Below, in pieces: positions 1 to 17,401 of a stretch of DNA of 64,000 bases. Source of the DNA: the human T2T-CHM13v2.0 reference genome, Homo sapiens. A program made the translations under genes and the position numbers. The DNA lies in assembly GCF_009914755.1 (NCBI RefSeq), contig NC_060932.1; one strand, 5' to 3'. The notes below the pieces were generated by a model. That model searched no databases. It saw only the letters and a list, made by a program, of their open reading frames with translations, and was not told where the DNA came from. Each line of letters opens with the position of its first letter. The stretch's first letter is position 1.

Positions 1-2609
1 ACATCTCCGATGTAAAAAACACATCTATCACATTGATAGATGTCCAGGTGTTATTTAAAAATTAATAATTATGAGGCATTTAAAATATATTGCAATACTG
101 AACAAAATTATTTAAGGAGACCAGACTTATGGATTATTAAATCTAGCAAAAAATTACTTTTACTTTTAAATGCTGGTTTTGTAAATTTTGCTCTAAATCA
201 TATGAAAAGATATTCTAATACATACAGCTAACTCATTCTGTGCCTCACAATCCTGTTTTCATAGCAGTGTCAGCAGAAAAGAACTGATTGCTGTAGATTT
301 TGTTGAAACTCATTTCCAATTTCTGATTAAATTGCTTTTATTGAACTTAATTGTAATGTATATATGAATTAGCTGAGAACAATAACATGGCCAGACTTGA
401 TCAAAAATTCTTCAGAAGACCATGCTAAAATATAAATTGCATGGACTCAAAGCATGTGCATTAAGACAAACATTAGATCGAAAAACCACTGTTTTAAGAT
501 TTTCTAAATTCAGGGTTGATTTAATGCAACTCCGAAGCAGACTATGGAGGAAATTTATAAGGAAAACTGATTTTAATTAAGAGTTTAAATGGTCTCAAGA
601 TAAACAGTATGTGTTCCGGACCTTTTGAGTTGGAAGAAAGGGTTTTGAATCTCGTTTTATCCCAGATAAGGAACGATCCACTCTTCCAGCTTTCTAAATT
701 ATTGTACACATTTTATAAAGGACCAGTCATAGAAATCCAAATTATATAAGCATGACAGATGGCTATGTCTTTGAACATTATAAACTTTATTTAAAATATG
801 CAAAAATACTACTTGGAATGCCATAAGCAGTGCACAGGCATCTCATAAGACTGCAGGACGGGGAGACTGATTGAGGTCCACAAATCATCAAATCTCATTT
901 GTATCATATTTGTAAACTACTACTTCATCAAATCCTATACTGGACTAGCCTATATTAAAAAAATCTGATATTATACCTTCTGTCTGAGGGCTGTGGTACT
1001 CATATAAAGGCTTAGGAAGAGAAAGAACTCAGATCATCTACAGACTGTAGAATCGACAGAAAAGGCTGGTAGTGTGCTCTGTCGACGGTGCTTGTCTGGG
1101 AGTCCCTCAGCTGCCTTTCAGTGACAACATTTCAGTGACAGGACTATAAACATGCCATTGTGTTTTCAATAAAGCTAGTTATTAGCCTTCAGAGGAGCAT
1201 GACAAATACAATAGATTTGAGGTTTCGATGAAACTATAGCTAAAGGATTTAGATTTTTAAAACATGTTGTACATGTTCTCTAGTCAATTTATTAAAAGTT
1301 GGAGATATAATTTTTCATTCAACATTAGTTTGCACTCATCCAAATGTAATTTTCTCTTCTCAGCAATTTAGTAGTGCCTTATGGAACTGGCCATGTAATG
1401 TGTTATGCATGAGGAGTTGACACTGTTATAAAATCCATATTCTGTATCTTTTTATAAGAAATAAACATTTACTTGCAGTTAAGGGACTGAAGCAGAAAAA
1501 GCAGCCAGGCCAATAATCAAAACACAAATATTTCTTTATCAATTATTTGAGGGGATTACAACAGGCAAATGAACCAGATATGTAAAAACATATCTATTTT
1601 TCACAGTATCAAGTTTCTTCTTCTTAGGGCTCATCGCTGTTTGTCAAAAATGTGTTTAACAAAAGAGATGTGTTTAACAACAACAGCAACAAACTATGTT
1701 TAAACAAAACTATATCTTTCTCTTTGCTCCACTTGAGGCTTTGTTCTTTTCAGAGTTCAAAAGCAAAATGAAGTTGACGGTCAAAATTGAATGAAATGTG
1801 CTCAAATACTGAGGAAGTCATAAAAAAAATTTTGTTGCAGACTTCCTGTGCTTGGAATGGCTTCGAAAAACATTGAAGGCAACTGACATTATATTTATTA
1901 CAGCAATATTCTGCTCAAAATTTACATAGTTATTTGTCAATTCTATATTAAAACTTAAATTACACAACTGAGAATGAAGCCTTGTTTGGGATGCCCCTAA
2001 CACAAAGACGGTAATAGGTGTCATCTCTTGGATCGGCTATAATCTACTGATAGATAATGGCATTTTGGTGTGCCAATTCCTGAGATTTTTGAAGTTAAGT
2101 CTGAACTCAGGGGGAAAGAGGATCCTAATCCATGTAACATGCCTTCCAAGGGCAGAAGATAGAAGCAACCTCCCAGTTCTAATGTTGGAAGTCCAAGGCA
2201 GCCATGCACTTAAGCATACTGTCCCCTGTATAAATAGTCAATGCTCAAGAAAGTTAATGTTTTTCTTCCAATTTCTTCCACTGGGAAATTAATTAAAGGT
2301 ATCTCCTTTCATAGGTGGTATTGAGATAATAAATACATTCAAAATATTGTTTTGAAATAGTCACTCTAACATGTCTCTAATTTTCTGAAGTCCTACATTT
2401 GTCCCATATATTTACCCTATTATTTGCCTTCAACATGGGTAGAACTCCTATTTGTTAAACTGTTCATGTATTCTCCCAGGGCAATACATTTCAGAATGTG
2501 GCCACAATGTAGTATTCCTTCCTACTTGCCAAACTTTTGTGGTATCTGAAATGTAAAACAAGAACTCTTAACCTAAAGACATATAAAGATGTATTTTAAT
2601 TGTTATGAA

Positions 2610-2797
2610 GCAGAATAATATAGTGGTTAACAGTATTTAAGACCATTTAATAGCCACAAAGTTCCAGGCTTCAGTTTCTTTATCTATGAAATAGAGAAAA
2701 TATCACAGGTGATGCGACTGTTACGTACATTAAGTAAAATAAGCTTTACTAAGCAATTTGCACATACCTGGTACAAAGTGAGTTCTTAAATATTATT
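2610..2797 (+). mobile_element. MIR SINE (degraded)
   Basis: MIR core-like 'tagtggttaa...cttcagtttctttatctatgaaat...cctggtacaaagtgagttcttaaatatt'. Confidence 0.6.
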
Positions 2798-3530
2798 TTT
2801 TTAATCAAAAAGTAAATTAGTTGAGCATATTTGCACCATCTGAGAATACAAATCAAGTTACCTAACCCATATATACCACTCTCTCACTAGCATTCTTTTT
2901 TTTTTTCTAGACTACTCCTGCTAGAAGATGGTGTGACTGGCCTTCCAAGTTCAGGCTACAAGTTCCTCAGGACTCATCACATCTCCTGCACCATAAAAGC
3001 TTCCAGCATTCTCTTTCCACCTGGCCTCTCTCCACTCTAGTCTTTCTGGAACTATCTTCCCAACAAATTTGATATATTTTCAAAAACTTGACTGCCTTGG
3101 GGAAATCATAGTCTAAGAAGCACTTAATTCTTGTATAGCCTGCTTCCTACCCAAGGGACATAAGATGCTGAGACCTTCTCAGTAGAGTGAAGGATAAGTT
3201 AATTATTTTTGCTGGTAATCACTATTTTTGGCTTTTTTCCCCCTCCCTTGACTATATAGTCTTGTTTCCCCTCCTTATATGCCTCTTCTCTAATGTCATG
3301 CTCCTCCATTCATCTACATCTATTACAACTCTACGTTATAGCATAGTCATTTGATTCTCCTCTTTCCCCACACCCACTGGGTTTATAAAGAAAAGTATAG
3401 GGGGTAGTGGGAGTTATGATTAGTGTCTGCTGGGAGGGGAGTAGTAACTTCTTCTAGAGATCTTTGCAGACACAATCTATACAACTATTTCTTGTTTCTT
3501 TTCATTTCATTTCAAAGCTGAATTTCATTT

Positions 3531-3895
3531 TGGTTTAGCTTTGATCCCACCCAAATCTCATCTTGAATTGTAGTTCCCATAATCTCCATGTGTCATGGGA
3601 GGAACCTGGTGCGAAGTGATTGGATCATGGGGACAATTTCCCCCATGCTGTTTTCATGATAGTGAATGAGTTCTCGCAAGATCTGGTAGCTTTACAAAAG
3701 GCTTCCACCTTCGCTTGGCACTCATTCTCTCTCCCACCGCCCTGTGAGTAGGTGGCTTCTGCCATGATTGTAAACTTCCTGAGACCTCCCCAGCCATGTG
3801 GAACTGTGAGTCAATTAACCGTGAGTCACTCTTTTATATATAAATTACCCAGTCTTGGGTAGTTCTTCATAGCAGTGTGAGAATGGACTAATACA
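3531..3895 (+). mobile_element. THE1-family MaLR solo LTR (THE1C/D-like)
   Basis: Starts 'tggtttagct...cccaaatctcatcttgaattgtagttcccataatc', ends 'gaatggactaataca', as in the THE1 LTR consensus. Confidence 0.9.
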
Positions 3896-4964
3896 CATTT
3901 TACAGGTATTTGTATTTTCATTACTCACTAATCTCATGTAAGATTAGAATGGATATAACTCTGTTCCTTAGGGTAGACCTTCTCGAAGTATTTGTAGTAG
4001 AGAATCAGTTTTTCCCCTAACCTATTATAGACTAATATTTTATTAAAATCGAAAAATAAATAACTAAAAGAATAAAATAAAAACAGACATGCAAAGTAAT
4101 AGTTGCAAATTTTTTTAAAACAATACAGGAAAAAGAAAATGACAAAATCTGTATATGTTGTAGTTTTTACTATCTCATCAGTAGCTAGTTACCATAGTTT
4201 ATCCTATAAAGTTATAGCTACATTTCAATTGTCTTCTGTTGAAATAAATTGGTTCTGGAATTTTAATACTTTTGGGTTACAGGTGACAAAACAGCTTTAA
4301 GACATTGTGTAACATGACAGTCTGCTACTCACTCCAACATCAACTGACCTTGTGGGGTCTACAATATACAAATTGGTCATGCTCTGTCCAGCAAATCCAA
4401 TGAACTAAATAGTTTTCCTCAATTTCTGCACTTATTTCATCAGGGACCAGTGACAAATTTTACATAATACATCACTGTCTGTAGATTCAGTTTATACAGT
4501 GCTACTGAATAGCTTCTTTTTTTTTTTTTTTTTTTTGATAGCTTTTAGCAGGGCCAAATTTTATGACCAGGCCTTGGATTTTTTATATCTAAGAATGGAA
4601 CCATAACTCCAAGTTACTTCAAATTTTACACTTACTAAATTTGGCAAATTCACCTCTGCAGTGCCCATAACCCCTCTCCAAAAGGAAGGGTAGTGAGGAA
4701 AATACAGGAAAAATTTATCAAACTATGTGAATTTTCGGTAGTATATCCTAAAACACTGTTAAATCAAAACAATAAATTATCCCAAATAACTAAAAATGCA
4801 CAAAATAATCCAAGGAATTTGATAAAAAACAGCCCGGTTTTATTTTTTAAGTACTATAAGATGCCATTTTTTTAAGAATTGGACGTTCAAAAACGAATTT
4901 TTAAGTATTAGAAGTTCAAAAAGTTTAAACTTTTACATTTCAAGGTGAAAGACAAACTATCAAC

Positions 4965-5272
4965 GGCCAGGCGCAGTGGCTCACACCTGTAATCCCAGCA
5001 ATTTGGGAGGCCGAGGTGGGTAGGTCACCTGAGGTGAGGAGTTCGAGACCAGCCTGGCCAACATGGTGAAACCCCATCTCTACAAAAAATACAAAAAATT
5101 AGCTTGGCGTGGTGGTGGGCGCCTGTAATCCCAGCTACTCAGGAGGCTGAGGCACAAGAACCACTTGAACCCAGGAGGCGGAGGTTGCAGTCAGCTGAGA
5201 TCACACCATTGCACTCCAGCCTGGGCGACAAGAGTGAAACTCCATCTCAAAAAAAAAGAAAAGAAAAGAAAA
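4965..5272 (+). mobile_element. Alu (AluS, Sx/Sz/Sq-like), full length
   Basis: GGCCAGGCGCAGTGGCTCAC start, two monomers, A-rich linker, A/(GAAAA) tail. Confidence 0.95.
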
Positions 5273-5476
5273 GAACAACATCTCTGTTTATACATGAAAT
5301 TGTAAGTAAAAACATAAAGCAGAGAGGTATGAGATTCATAGAGACTATATCAGACAAAAATATAAGGAAAGCAGTAATTGAAATAAACGTATTTATAAGG
5401 CCCCAAACCAAAAAGTAAAAGAAAAGATAACCACTAGAGAATAACAGCATGTTATTTCTAAACAGGCAAAGATACA

Positions 5477-5766
5477 GGCTAGGAATGGTGGCTCACATCT
5501 GCAATCCAAGCACTTTGAAAGACCAAGGGGGGAGGATGGCTTGAGCCCAGGAGTTCAAGACGATCCTAGGCAACATAGTGAGACCCCGTCTCTACACAAA
5601 ATAAAAAACCATCTGGGCATCATGGCATGCATCTGTAATCCCAGCAACTGGAGAGGTTGAGGTGGGAGGATCGTTTGAGCTTGGGAGGTTGGGGTTGCAG
5701 TCAGCCAATGTCTCAACCACTGTACTACAGCCTGGGTGACAGAGTGAGATCCTGCCTCGAAAAAAG
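5477..5766 (+). mobile_element. Alu (AluJ), diverged
   Basis: J-type 'ggaggatggcttgagcccaggagttcaagac', two monomers, short A tail. Confidence 0.9.
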
Positions 5767-5859
5767 GGTAAAGAGAGTATCAGTGTACCACTTCTAAAAA
5801 GCTCAACTTAAGATACCTTTTTCTACATGTAGGCTTATGCTATACAAATGACATTCTGC

Positions 5860-6290
5860 AGTGGTTGCTGTGATTCCATTTTCAATCTCCCTCCATGGCA
5901 GCTGAAATCTCTTTGCAGTGAATGGTTTAGGGAAGGTCAAATGACTTAGTTCTTTTTAATAGGAAGTGAGGAGGGTTTGCTATAAAAGAATTCCTCAGAA
6001 ACATTCCTTGCCTATGAGACACAGAATAACTGACCTCTGTTGTTTCCAGGACATTGGCATTGCTGTATACAATGTCTGGAACTGCTTAATTTCCACCAAG
6101 CTAGCACTGAAGCTGAGCAATGAAAGTAAAACTAACAGAATTATGACAACCAGGAGAGCCAGAGAGCTTATGTACTGTACCTGGAGTCTCCCCTATCTTT
6201 AGACTTCTTGTAGAAGGAGGTAATAAATTTTCTTATCATTAAGCATATTTGAATCACGCATCCCCATCCCTTGAAGACGAAGGTACCCAA
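5860..6290 (+). mobile_element. Ancient ERVL/MaLR-type LTR fragment
   Basis: Degenerate LTR-like motifs 'agacttcttgt...aataaattttcttat...ttaagc'; subfamily unclear. Confidence 0.35.
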
Positions 6291-6869
6291 TATGATATCT
6301 TTGCTTGAGACTGATGATTTGCCAGGTACCCTTCAAGTTTATGGGCTCACTCACATGAAGTATTGTGATTTATTTACATGCTAATTTACTAGTAATCAGC
6401 TATTCCTCAGAAAAAGGCATGCTTGCAGAACTGAATTGGACATACCAATCTTAGACTATTATGAGATTGTTTAAATTTCAAGAGACCTGAGTGCTAATCT
6501 TTCTTTACCTGTAAATATGTAACTTAGAGAAGATCAATGAAATTAACTGAATCAATTACTTTTTTGAAGTTCTACAATTTACGATGTATTTTGTTTTGTC
6601 TTTAAGTATTTTCTGCTTTCAATACTGCAAATACCAGATCAATTGCAAATTGCAAATACCACATCAGCTTCATTAGAAGACAGACTATCATATAAAATTG
6701 TAAAGCATCGATAGCTATCTGCCTGATACTTCATTCTCGTAATTCAATTTTTGTATTTGGTCAGAATCAAGAATGTAGTTTCAGGTTGCAATAGGATAAA
6801 AATGGTGCATACAGAGGTAGAGCTTGCTTTTAGTCAATAAACATTCTTTATTATTTTGATCAGCTTTAA

Positions 6870-10504
<3,635 letters not shown>

Positions 10505-12799
10505 AATATTATACCTAATTAGTGACTGTCAAGTAATGTGTATAGATTAGAGAATTACCTCCAGAATCTGACTTTCTTAGGATACACTAGGTAAGTTACT
10601 GAATTTCTGAACTAAAATGGATGCTATAGCCCACTTGAAACTATAACTGAGTGTTTACAGCAACAATGAAACAGACCAAGATTATCTGGAATGCTTTGAA
10701 ATACAAATGACTTTGTATCTGGGTCAGATAGCTTATTCTGTTCAACCCAGTTTTAACGGAATTCACTTAGAGTTCAATCCTATAATGCTATACTGCATAT
10801 ATCAAAATCATATCTTTTAGTTAATACTCTGGCATGTCAATCACACATTTAGCAAGATTCTAATCTCTATGCAAACATAAGATCAGGATTTTATGGGCAG
10901 AAATGAATTTTAATACAAAGTTTGTTAAAACTTTATCGTATTTTTTTTCTCCTTTGGTTTATCTGACAGTGAGGGTTAACTTTTGAGACTATTTAAAATT
11001 GGAATTATCCATGAAGATATAAGCCTGCTGAGAAGAGATAACATCTACTTCTCTGTTCCAAACAGAAAATGATTCTTAGCACTCAATAAATGTTAAATTA
11101 GGAATAATAAATGCACATAAAGTCTGAATGAAAAATGTTGCTGAATGCGTATCTATTTATTGATTCAATCTCCTTAGTACTTCCTTGTTGAAGAATGCTT
11201 TATAAACTTACACCAAGATTATACCAGAAAGATAAAATTATAGAAAAGGTGGAAGATTATACAAAGGAAAGGAAATACAGCCCCTGAATGTGCAAAGCAG
11301 GAAACTGCTTTTGGTAAAATTTTATGTGTATCCTAAAACTACACAGTAAATTTGTTAGCAAATTTGAAAAGAATCTCTAGTAAGTTTAAACTCACTTATT
11401 ATAGATAAGTACTATAAAATGGCTCAATTCAGCAGAAGTCTTTTACACAAAACAAATGAAATTATTAAGACTAACTTCGAAGCGGGTATATAAAAGCAAC
11501 CGGGAGAAAGTTCCCAGGAGCCTTTTTCAGTAGATTAAACATATGTCATGGTCACGGAGCTTTAAAGCAGAACTTTACTTCTACTGGAGAAATCAAATCA
11601 GTGACACTGAAGGTCACTCCTAATCAGAAAAAAAAGAAAAGAAAAAACATGAGTGAGACATAAGACAGGCTGGTGATCCAAACAATTTAACTGGGAAAGC
11701 AAGATAACAAAAGGAAATAAAAGAATCTCTTGTAGAAGAGAACTATCCTGAGCTGAATAAATCTATGTGATTACTCATTATCAACAAAATTATATTTGAA
11801 ATGGACTAATATCTTTAAATATCTTGGTGACAGTTTTAGTTTCAGGAACAAAAAAAACCTAGGTATACCCAATTTGAAAAATCAAAATAGTTTGAAATAA
11901 AAATATTGCACACTAATTAAAAAAACCAGAATGACTTCAAAATTCTTTCTTTCATAAAAAAAAGTTGAAGAAAATATTGTTCAGAAGTAAAAGCACTTGC
12001 ATCTGGTTTGTTTTCTCCTTTCCAAGAGCAGATAAGATTGCAGTTTTACACCTGCCTAAATGTTGTTCAAGCGAGTTGTGATAAAATAAAATATTCATAT
12101 ATATAAAGATATAGATGACAGAGATATAGATATCTCCCTTAAAGTGATGCTAGTGGAAATGCAATGCACACAGCACTGCTGGTCTGGGACATGACAAGTA
12201 TAGAAACCGAGTATAAATTGAGAATATGCATTCAGACCTTTAATAGCATTGCCATGACATCCAAGCACACAATTGTATGTTTTAACAAAAATGAGTGCAA
12301 TGAAATGGAAAATAGAAATAAATTTACTCTTTACTGCAGAGGAACTCTACCATAAAAGATAGAGTGGGTCTTATAATGCAACTCTAAAGACATTCCAAAT
12401 ATGCAAAAATATGAGGGAGATATATGTTGACTGAGGACCTCGTATTAAAACAAATGATATAACATTGAGAATTCTGTCAGAATAGTATAATTATAAGAAC
12501 TTGAAAATCCAAATAACTTTAACTCAAATAAAAAACAGCTTTCTCCCACCCACCTACCAATCTCTCTCTCTTTCAAGAAATCTGAAAAGGTCAGCCATCC
12601 AGGGCTGGAAGAGAGATTCCTCAGTCATCACAGATCAGGTCTCGCTGTGTCTTTCTTCTTTATTATCCTTAGAATAAGGCCTCCATTCCTCCATTCTTAA
12701 GGAGGATGATGGGAAGGGCAAAATGTTGCCTGCCTCCCAGCTGAGTCAGCCCCTTTAAAAATAACTTTCTGGAATCATTACCTCGAAGATTTTCTTAGC

Positions 12800-12890
12800 C
12801 AGATGTGTCTTGATTTATGGGCTTATGTTCAGATAAACTCATCATAAATTCAAAATACCATTAAGTAGAAAATGCATTAAATATACCTGT
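12800..12890 (+). mobile_element. Tigger5/MER47-like DNA transposon end fragment
   Basis: 'cagatgtgtcttgatttatgg...gataaactcatcataaatt...aaaatgcattaaatatacc' resembles the Tigger5/MER47 terminus. Confidence 0.55.
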
Positions 12891-13103
12891 ATATTGAATC
12901 GAATCGATTCTCACCCCAGCTTCCTGTTTTCAGCCTCACCTTTGTCCCTACTTACAGAAGTACCTGGTGAATTCTAATTCTAGTGCCTCTTTATCTGCTG
13001 GTGCAAATTAGCTTGTTTCTTGGCTCTCTTACTTGCTTTATTAAAACCTCTTGTTCATCTACTTTCCAACTCTCAGAAGTCTGCTGCAATCCCATTCAAT
13101 GTT

Positions 13104-13105
<2 letters not shown>

Positions 13106-13142
<37 letters not shown>
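13106..13142 (+). repeat. (GT)18 microsatellite
   Basis: Perfect GT run. Confidence 0.97.
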
Positions 13143-13143
<1 letters not shown>

Positions 13144-13743
13144 CAGAGACAGATACAGAGAGAGCTGTTTCAGGAGAAAGTGGAAGTAAAACCATTTCCT
13201 ATATAGTCCTTAACAATTCTTTCACAATTCTGCAGCTAACTTATATTCATAGCTTAGGTCACACTTTAAGACATTTTTGTTTTTAGATAGGCACGCCCTG
13301 GCCTCCCATTCTGACCTAGACTCCCACATACTATTTTTTTGTCTCACAGAAATCTGCTCCTTCCGTTCCTTACACTTAACCATAGTTATTAATATTTTAT
13401 TCTGTTTTGTTTAGCCTTTATAAGCTGTAAACTTGGTGGTAGGAGAATTCCAGCTGAGATTTGGAGACTGCAGGTTCCTCTCCATCCCAGCCCGAAGGAG
13501 GTGGTTAATACTGTTTTATTTATTTAATATTGAGAAGAATCAACTAAATGAGAGTGGTTACAGAAACTTTTAGGAATGAAAAGATAAAACAAATCAGCAG
13601 ACACTTTTCTCTGCCTACACTAATCAAATGTCTATAAATTAAGATATGTGCAACGAAGAAGTATAAAATTATTCAGACATGTATTTAAAGTATTATTTCT
13701 TTATTGTGCCTTGAAAATTATAATACTTGTTTTCATTTCTTCA

Positions 13744-14052
<309 letters not shown>

Positions 14053-14460
14053 ATACAATGTATGCACATAGTAAAATTTTAGCAAACCCAACAGTACAAA
14101 ATGTAGAGTGCAATGTAAAAGTCCTGCTTTTCAATACATCTCTATCCCTAGAAACAGATTCTGTTTAGAGTTTCTTAATCAGTTTTGCAGGACTTTCTGT
14201 TTACACACTATGACTGCCTCTCCCTGTGGTCTCATTGGCACTATTCTCTTAGGTATTTTTGGACTTAATCCTAGAATTAGAAGGATTTTTTGATAAGTAG
14301 CATGAAAGTAGAAAAGGTCCTTGACTGGAAGTAAAAAGCAAGAGTCTCTCCCAATTTTCTGTGTCCTGAGTCTACTGGCGGACATAGGAATCATGCTACC
14401 TTTTCCCACCCCAGCCCCAAATATCTCAGTGTTTGTTAAAACGATTTCAGCAGATTTTGT

Positions 14461-14561
14461 ATTTCCTTCCTTCCTTCTTTACTTCCTCCTCCCCTTCAAC
14501 CTTTCCCTCCTCTTCATCCTCTCCCCCCCTTCCTCCTCCTCTTCTTCCTCTTCTCTTTCTT
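14461..14561 (+). repeat. CT-rich low-complexity polypyrimidine tract
   Basis: (CCT/CTT)n-like run. Confidence 0.8.
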
Positions 14562-14779
14562 CAATAAATACGTTAACCATTTTTTAAGAAAGTCATAGTT
14601 TAATAGTTTGGCATGGAAGGACAGCACGAGAATCTGACAATGTACTTTCTGTAAAAGGACTTCATATCGACGCATACAGGGCTCTGATCTGGTATGTAAA
14701 ACTTACATTTCTATGAAAATTGATACTCTTGCAGAATATGACATCCAAGCACACAACTGTATGTTTTAACAAAATACTG

Positions 14780-15036
14780 CAAGCACTCCCTTATTCACTC
14801 CAGCTGGTTTCTCATTAGGTCATGTGCCCACTATGTCCATTGGTAATGAGCTCAGCACAGGCCAAGGAGTTGCCTAGGAGTGGCAGTCCTTACGGCCTAA
14901 ACTGCCTTTCAAGTTTACCTAAGACCCAAGAGCACTTTAGTTTATGTGGCAAGTCTTGTTGGAACTCAAGTTCCAACCACTGCGATGGCTGACTACCCTC
15001 TTGGTAGCGCTGGTCCAAATGCACCCTCCATGAGTG
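14780..15036 (-). mobile_element. Old L1 (L1M/L1PB-type) 5'-region fragment
   Basis: 'gaactcaagttccaaccactg...gctggtccaaatgcaccctccatgagtggg' resembles the antisense 5'UTR of older L1s. Confidence 0.5.
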
Positions 15037-16248
15037 GGTAACTCATAGAAGAAATGTCTAAGCAGCAAAGCATTCAAGAGGTGACTTGGGTGCTGTTCAA
15101 GGCATTCAGTTTTAAAAGGCAAACAGAGCATATAAGTTTGGAAAATTTGCAGCCTGTAAATATGATAGAAAAGAAAATCCCATTTTATGAGGAGAAATTC
15201 AAGGTGGCTGCAGAAATTAGCATAAGTAATGACAAGCCAAATGTTAATCCCTAAGACAATGGGGAAAATATCTCCAGGGCATGTAAGAGGTCTTCACCGC
15301 AGCCCCTCCCATCACAGGCCTGGAGGTTTAGGAGGAAAACATGGCTTCTTGGACTAGGCCCAGGGTCCCTATGCTGTGTGCAGCCTACAGACTTCATGCC
15401 CTGCATCGTTGCCGCTCCAGATGTGGCTCAAAGGGGCCAAGAAAGACATTGGGCTGTGGCTTCAGAGGGTACAAGCCTCAAGCCTTGGCAGCTTTCAGGT
15501 GGTGTTGAGCCTGAGTGCACACAGAAATCAAGAATTGGGGTTTGGGAACCTACAAGTAGATTTCAGAGGCGTATGAAAATGCCTGGATGTCCAGGCAGAA
15601 GTTTGCTGCAGGGGCAAGGCCCTCATGGAGAACCTCTGCTAGGGCAGTATAGAAGGGAAATGTGGGGTACAAGCCCCCACACAGAGTCCCTACAGGGGCA
15701 CCACTTAGTGGAGCTGTGAGAAGAGGGCCACTGTCCTCCAGACCCAGAATGGTGGATCCACTGAAAGCTTGCACCATGCACCTGGAAAAGCTGCAGACAC
15801 TCAATGCCAGCCCATGAAAGCACCCAGCAAGGAGGCTGTACCCTGAAAAGCCATAGGGGCAGAGCTGCCCAAGACCATGGGAACCCACCTCTTGCATCAG
15901 TGTGACTTGGATTTGAGGTTTGGACTCACAGGAGATCATAGTGGAGCCTTAAGATTTGACTTTTCTACTGGATTTCAGACTTGCATGGGGCCTGTAGCCC
16001 CTTTGTTTTGGTAAATTTCTCCCATTTGGAACAGCTGTATGCTGTACCCCTATACCCCTATTGTATCTAGGAAGTAACTAACTTGCTTTTAATTTTACAG
16101 GCTCAAAGGCAGAAGGGGCTTGCCTTGTCTCAAATGAGACTTTGGACTGTGGACTTCTGAGTTAATACTGAGTTTTGGGGCACCGATGGGAAGTCATGAT
16201 TGGTTTTGCAATGTGAGGACATGAGATTTGGGAGGGGTCAAGGCAGAA
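15036..16248 (+). mobile_element. THE1 internal region (THE1-int), 5'-truncated, no 5' LTR
   Basis: 'gaagaaatgtctaagcagcaaagcattcaagaggtgacttggg' through 'gatttgggaggggtcaaggcagaa' (PPT) directly before the LTR. Confidence 0.92.
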
Positions 16249-16592
16249 TGATATGGTTTGTCTGTGTCCCCACAAAAATCTTATCTTGAATTCCCATGTG
16301 TTGTAAGAGGGAGGTAACTGAACCAATTGAAAGACCTGGGGGCAGGTCTTTCCCATGCTGTTCTCATGATAGTAAATAAGTCTCACAAAATCTGATGGTG
16401 TTATAAGGGGGGTTTCCCTGCACAAGCTGTCTTCTCTTGTCTGCCACCATGTGAGATGTGCCTTTCACCTTCTGTCATGATTGTGACGCCTCCCCAGCCA
16501 TGTGGAATTTTAAGTCCATTAAATCTCTTTCTTTTGTAAACTGTCCAGTCTCAGGTATGTCTTTATCAAAATCATGAAAGCAGAGTAATAAA
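16249..16592 (+). mobile_element. THE1A/B 3' LTR
   Basis: tgatatggtttg start, 'ttccctgcacaagct', 'cagtctcaggtatgtctttatc'. Confidence 0.92.
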
Positions 16593-17401
16593 GACGTGAG
16601 GGTTACATGTGCACATAATTAGAAATACAATTGAAAATTCAAAAGATAACAAAATAACATTTTAGTAAAATAAGTAATATTTTAGCATAAACTTCAAAAT
16701 AATAAGAATAATCTGTGTCTCTTTTTTCCAGAAAAAATCTTAATGAAGTACTAGTCTTTAAATAATCAAGGAACAGACAAATTTTATAAAAAGAAGATAA
16801 TTATACCAATATTCATAATTTATGTAACATTTTTTATTTTCTTTACTTCTAACTCAAATTTATATTTTCAAAAATTACACTTTAAAATGATAAACAAGTT
16901 AAGGTTGTAAAAATCTGTAGACTGTGTGGTTAGTTGTGACTGACTTTAATTTTTGACTTTCTATCTGGAAGATTTTGGGAACTTGTGAAGCTTTTGGGGG
17001 CTACTATAGATCTTCAAGATGATGCACTAGTGCTTATAGCACAATAAAGGCCTGTATTAGACTGTCAGGAAAGGGGAGTTACCATTGTTATTATTGTTAT
17101 TGTTTTGGTTGTTATGATGATTATTATTAGGTTAGTTAGGGCCCCAGAAATTAGGAAAAGGAGGGGTAATGAGGAGAAGACATGAAAGAGTAGAAAATCC
17201 TTTCATGGAGAAGAGTGTTGTAAAAGAACTACACTTGAAGCCATAAAAATTTAACTCTAATTTGAGAGCCAACAGTTTGAATTATAATAAATGTTATTTT
17301 GAGAATATAAACATGATCTCTAATGCATATGCTCTTTCAAAGTAGATACAGAGATGATTAGTAGTTCTATAATCATCAGTTACTTTGATCTATATATCTA
17401 C

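Noticed and set aside
5104-5418. Alu-derived ORFs (also 13741-14025, 45966-46367, 53706-54041)
   Set aside because: Typical Alu translations, not genes.
15054-15939. Overlapping ORFs up to 129 aa
   Set aside because: They lie entirely within THE1-int repeat sequence.
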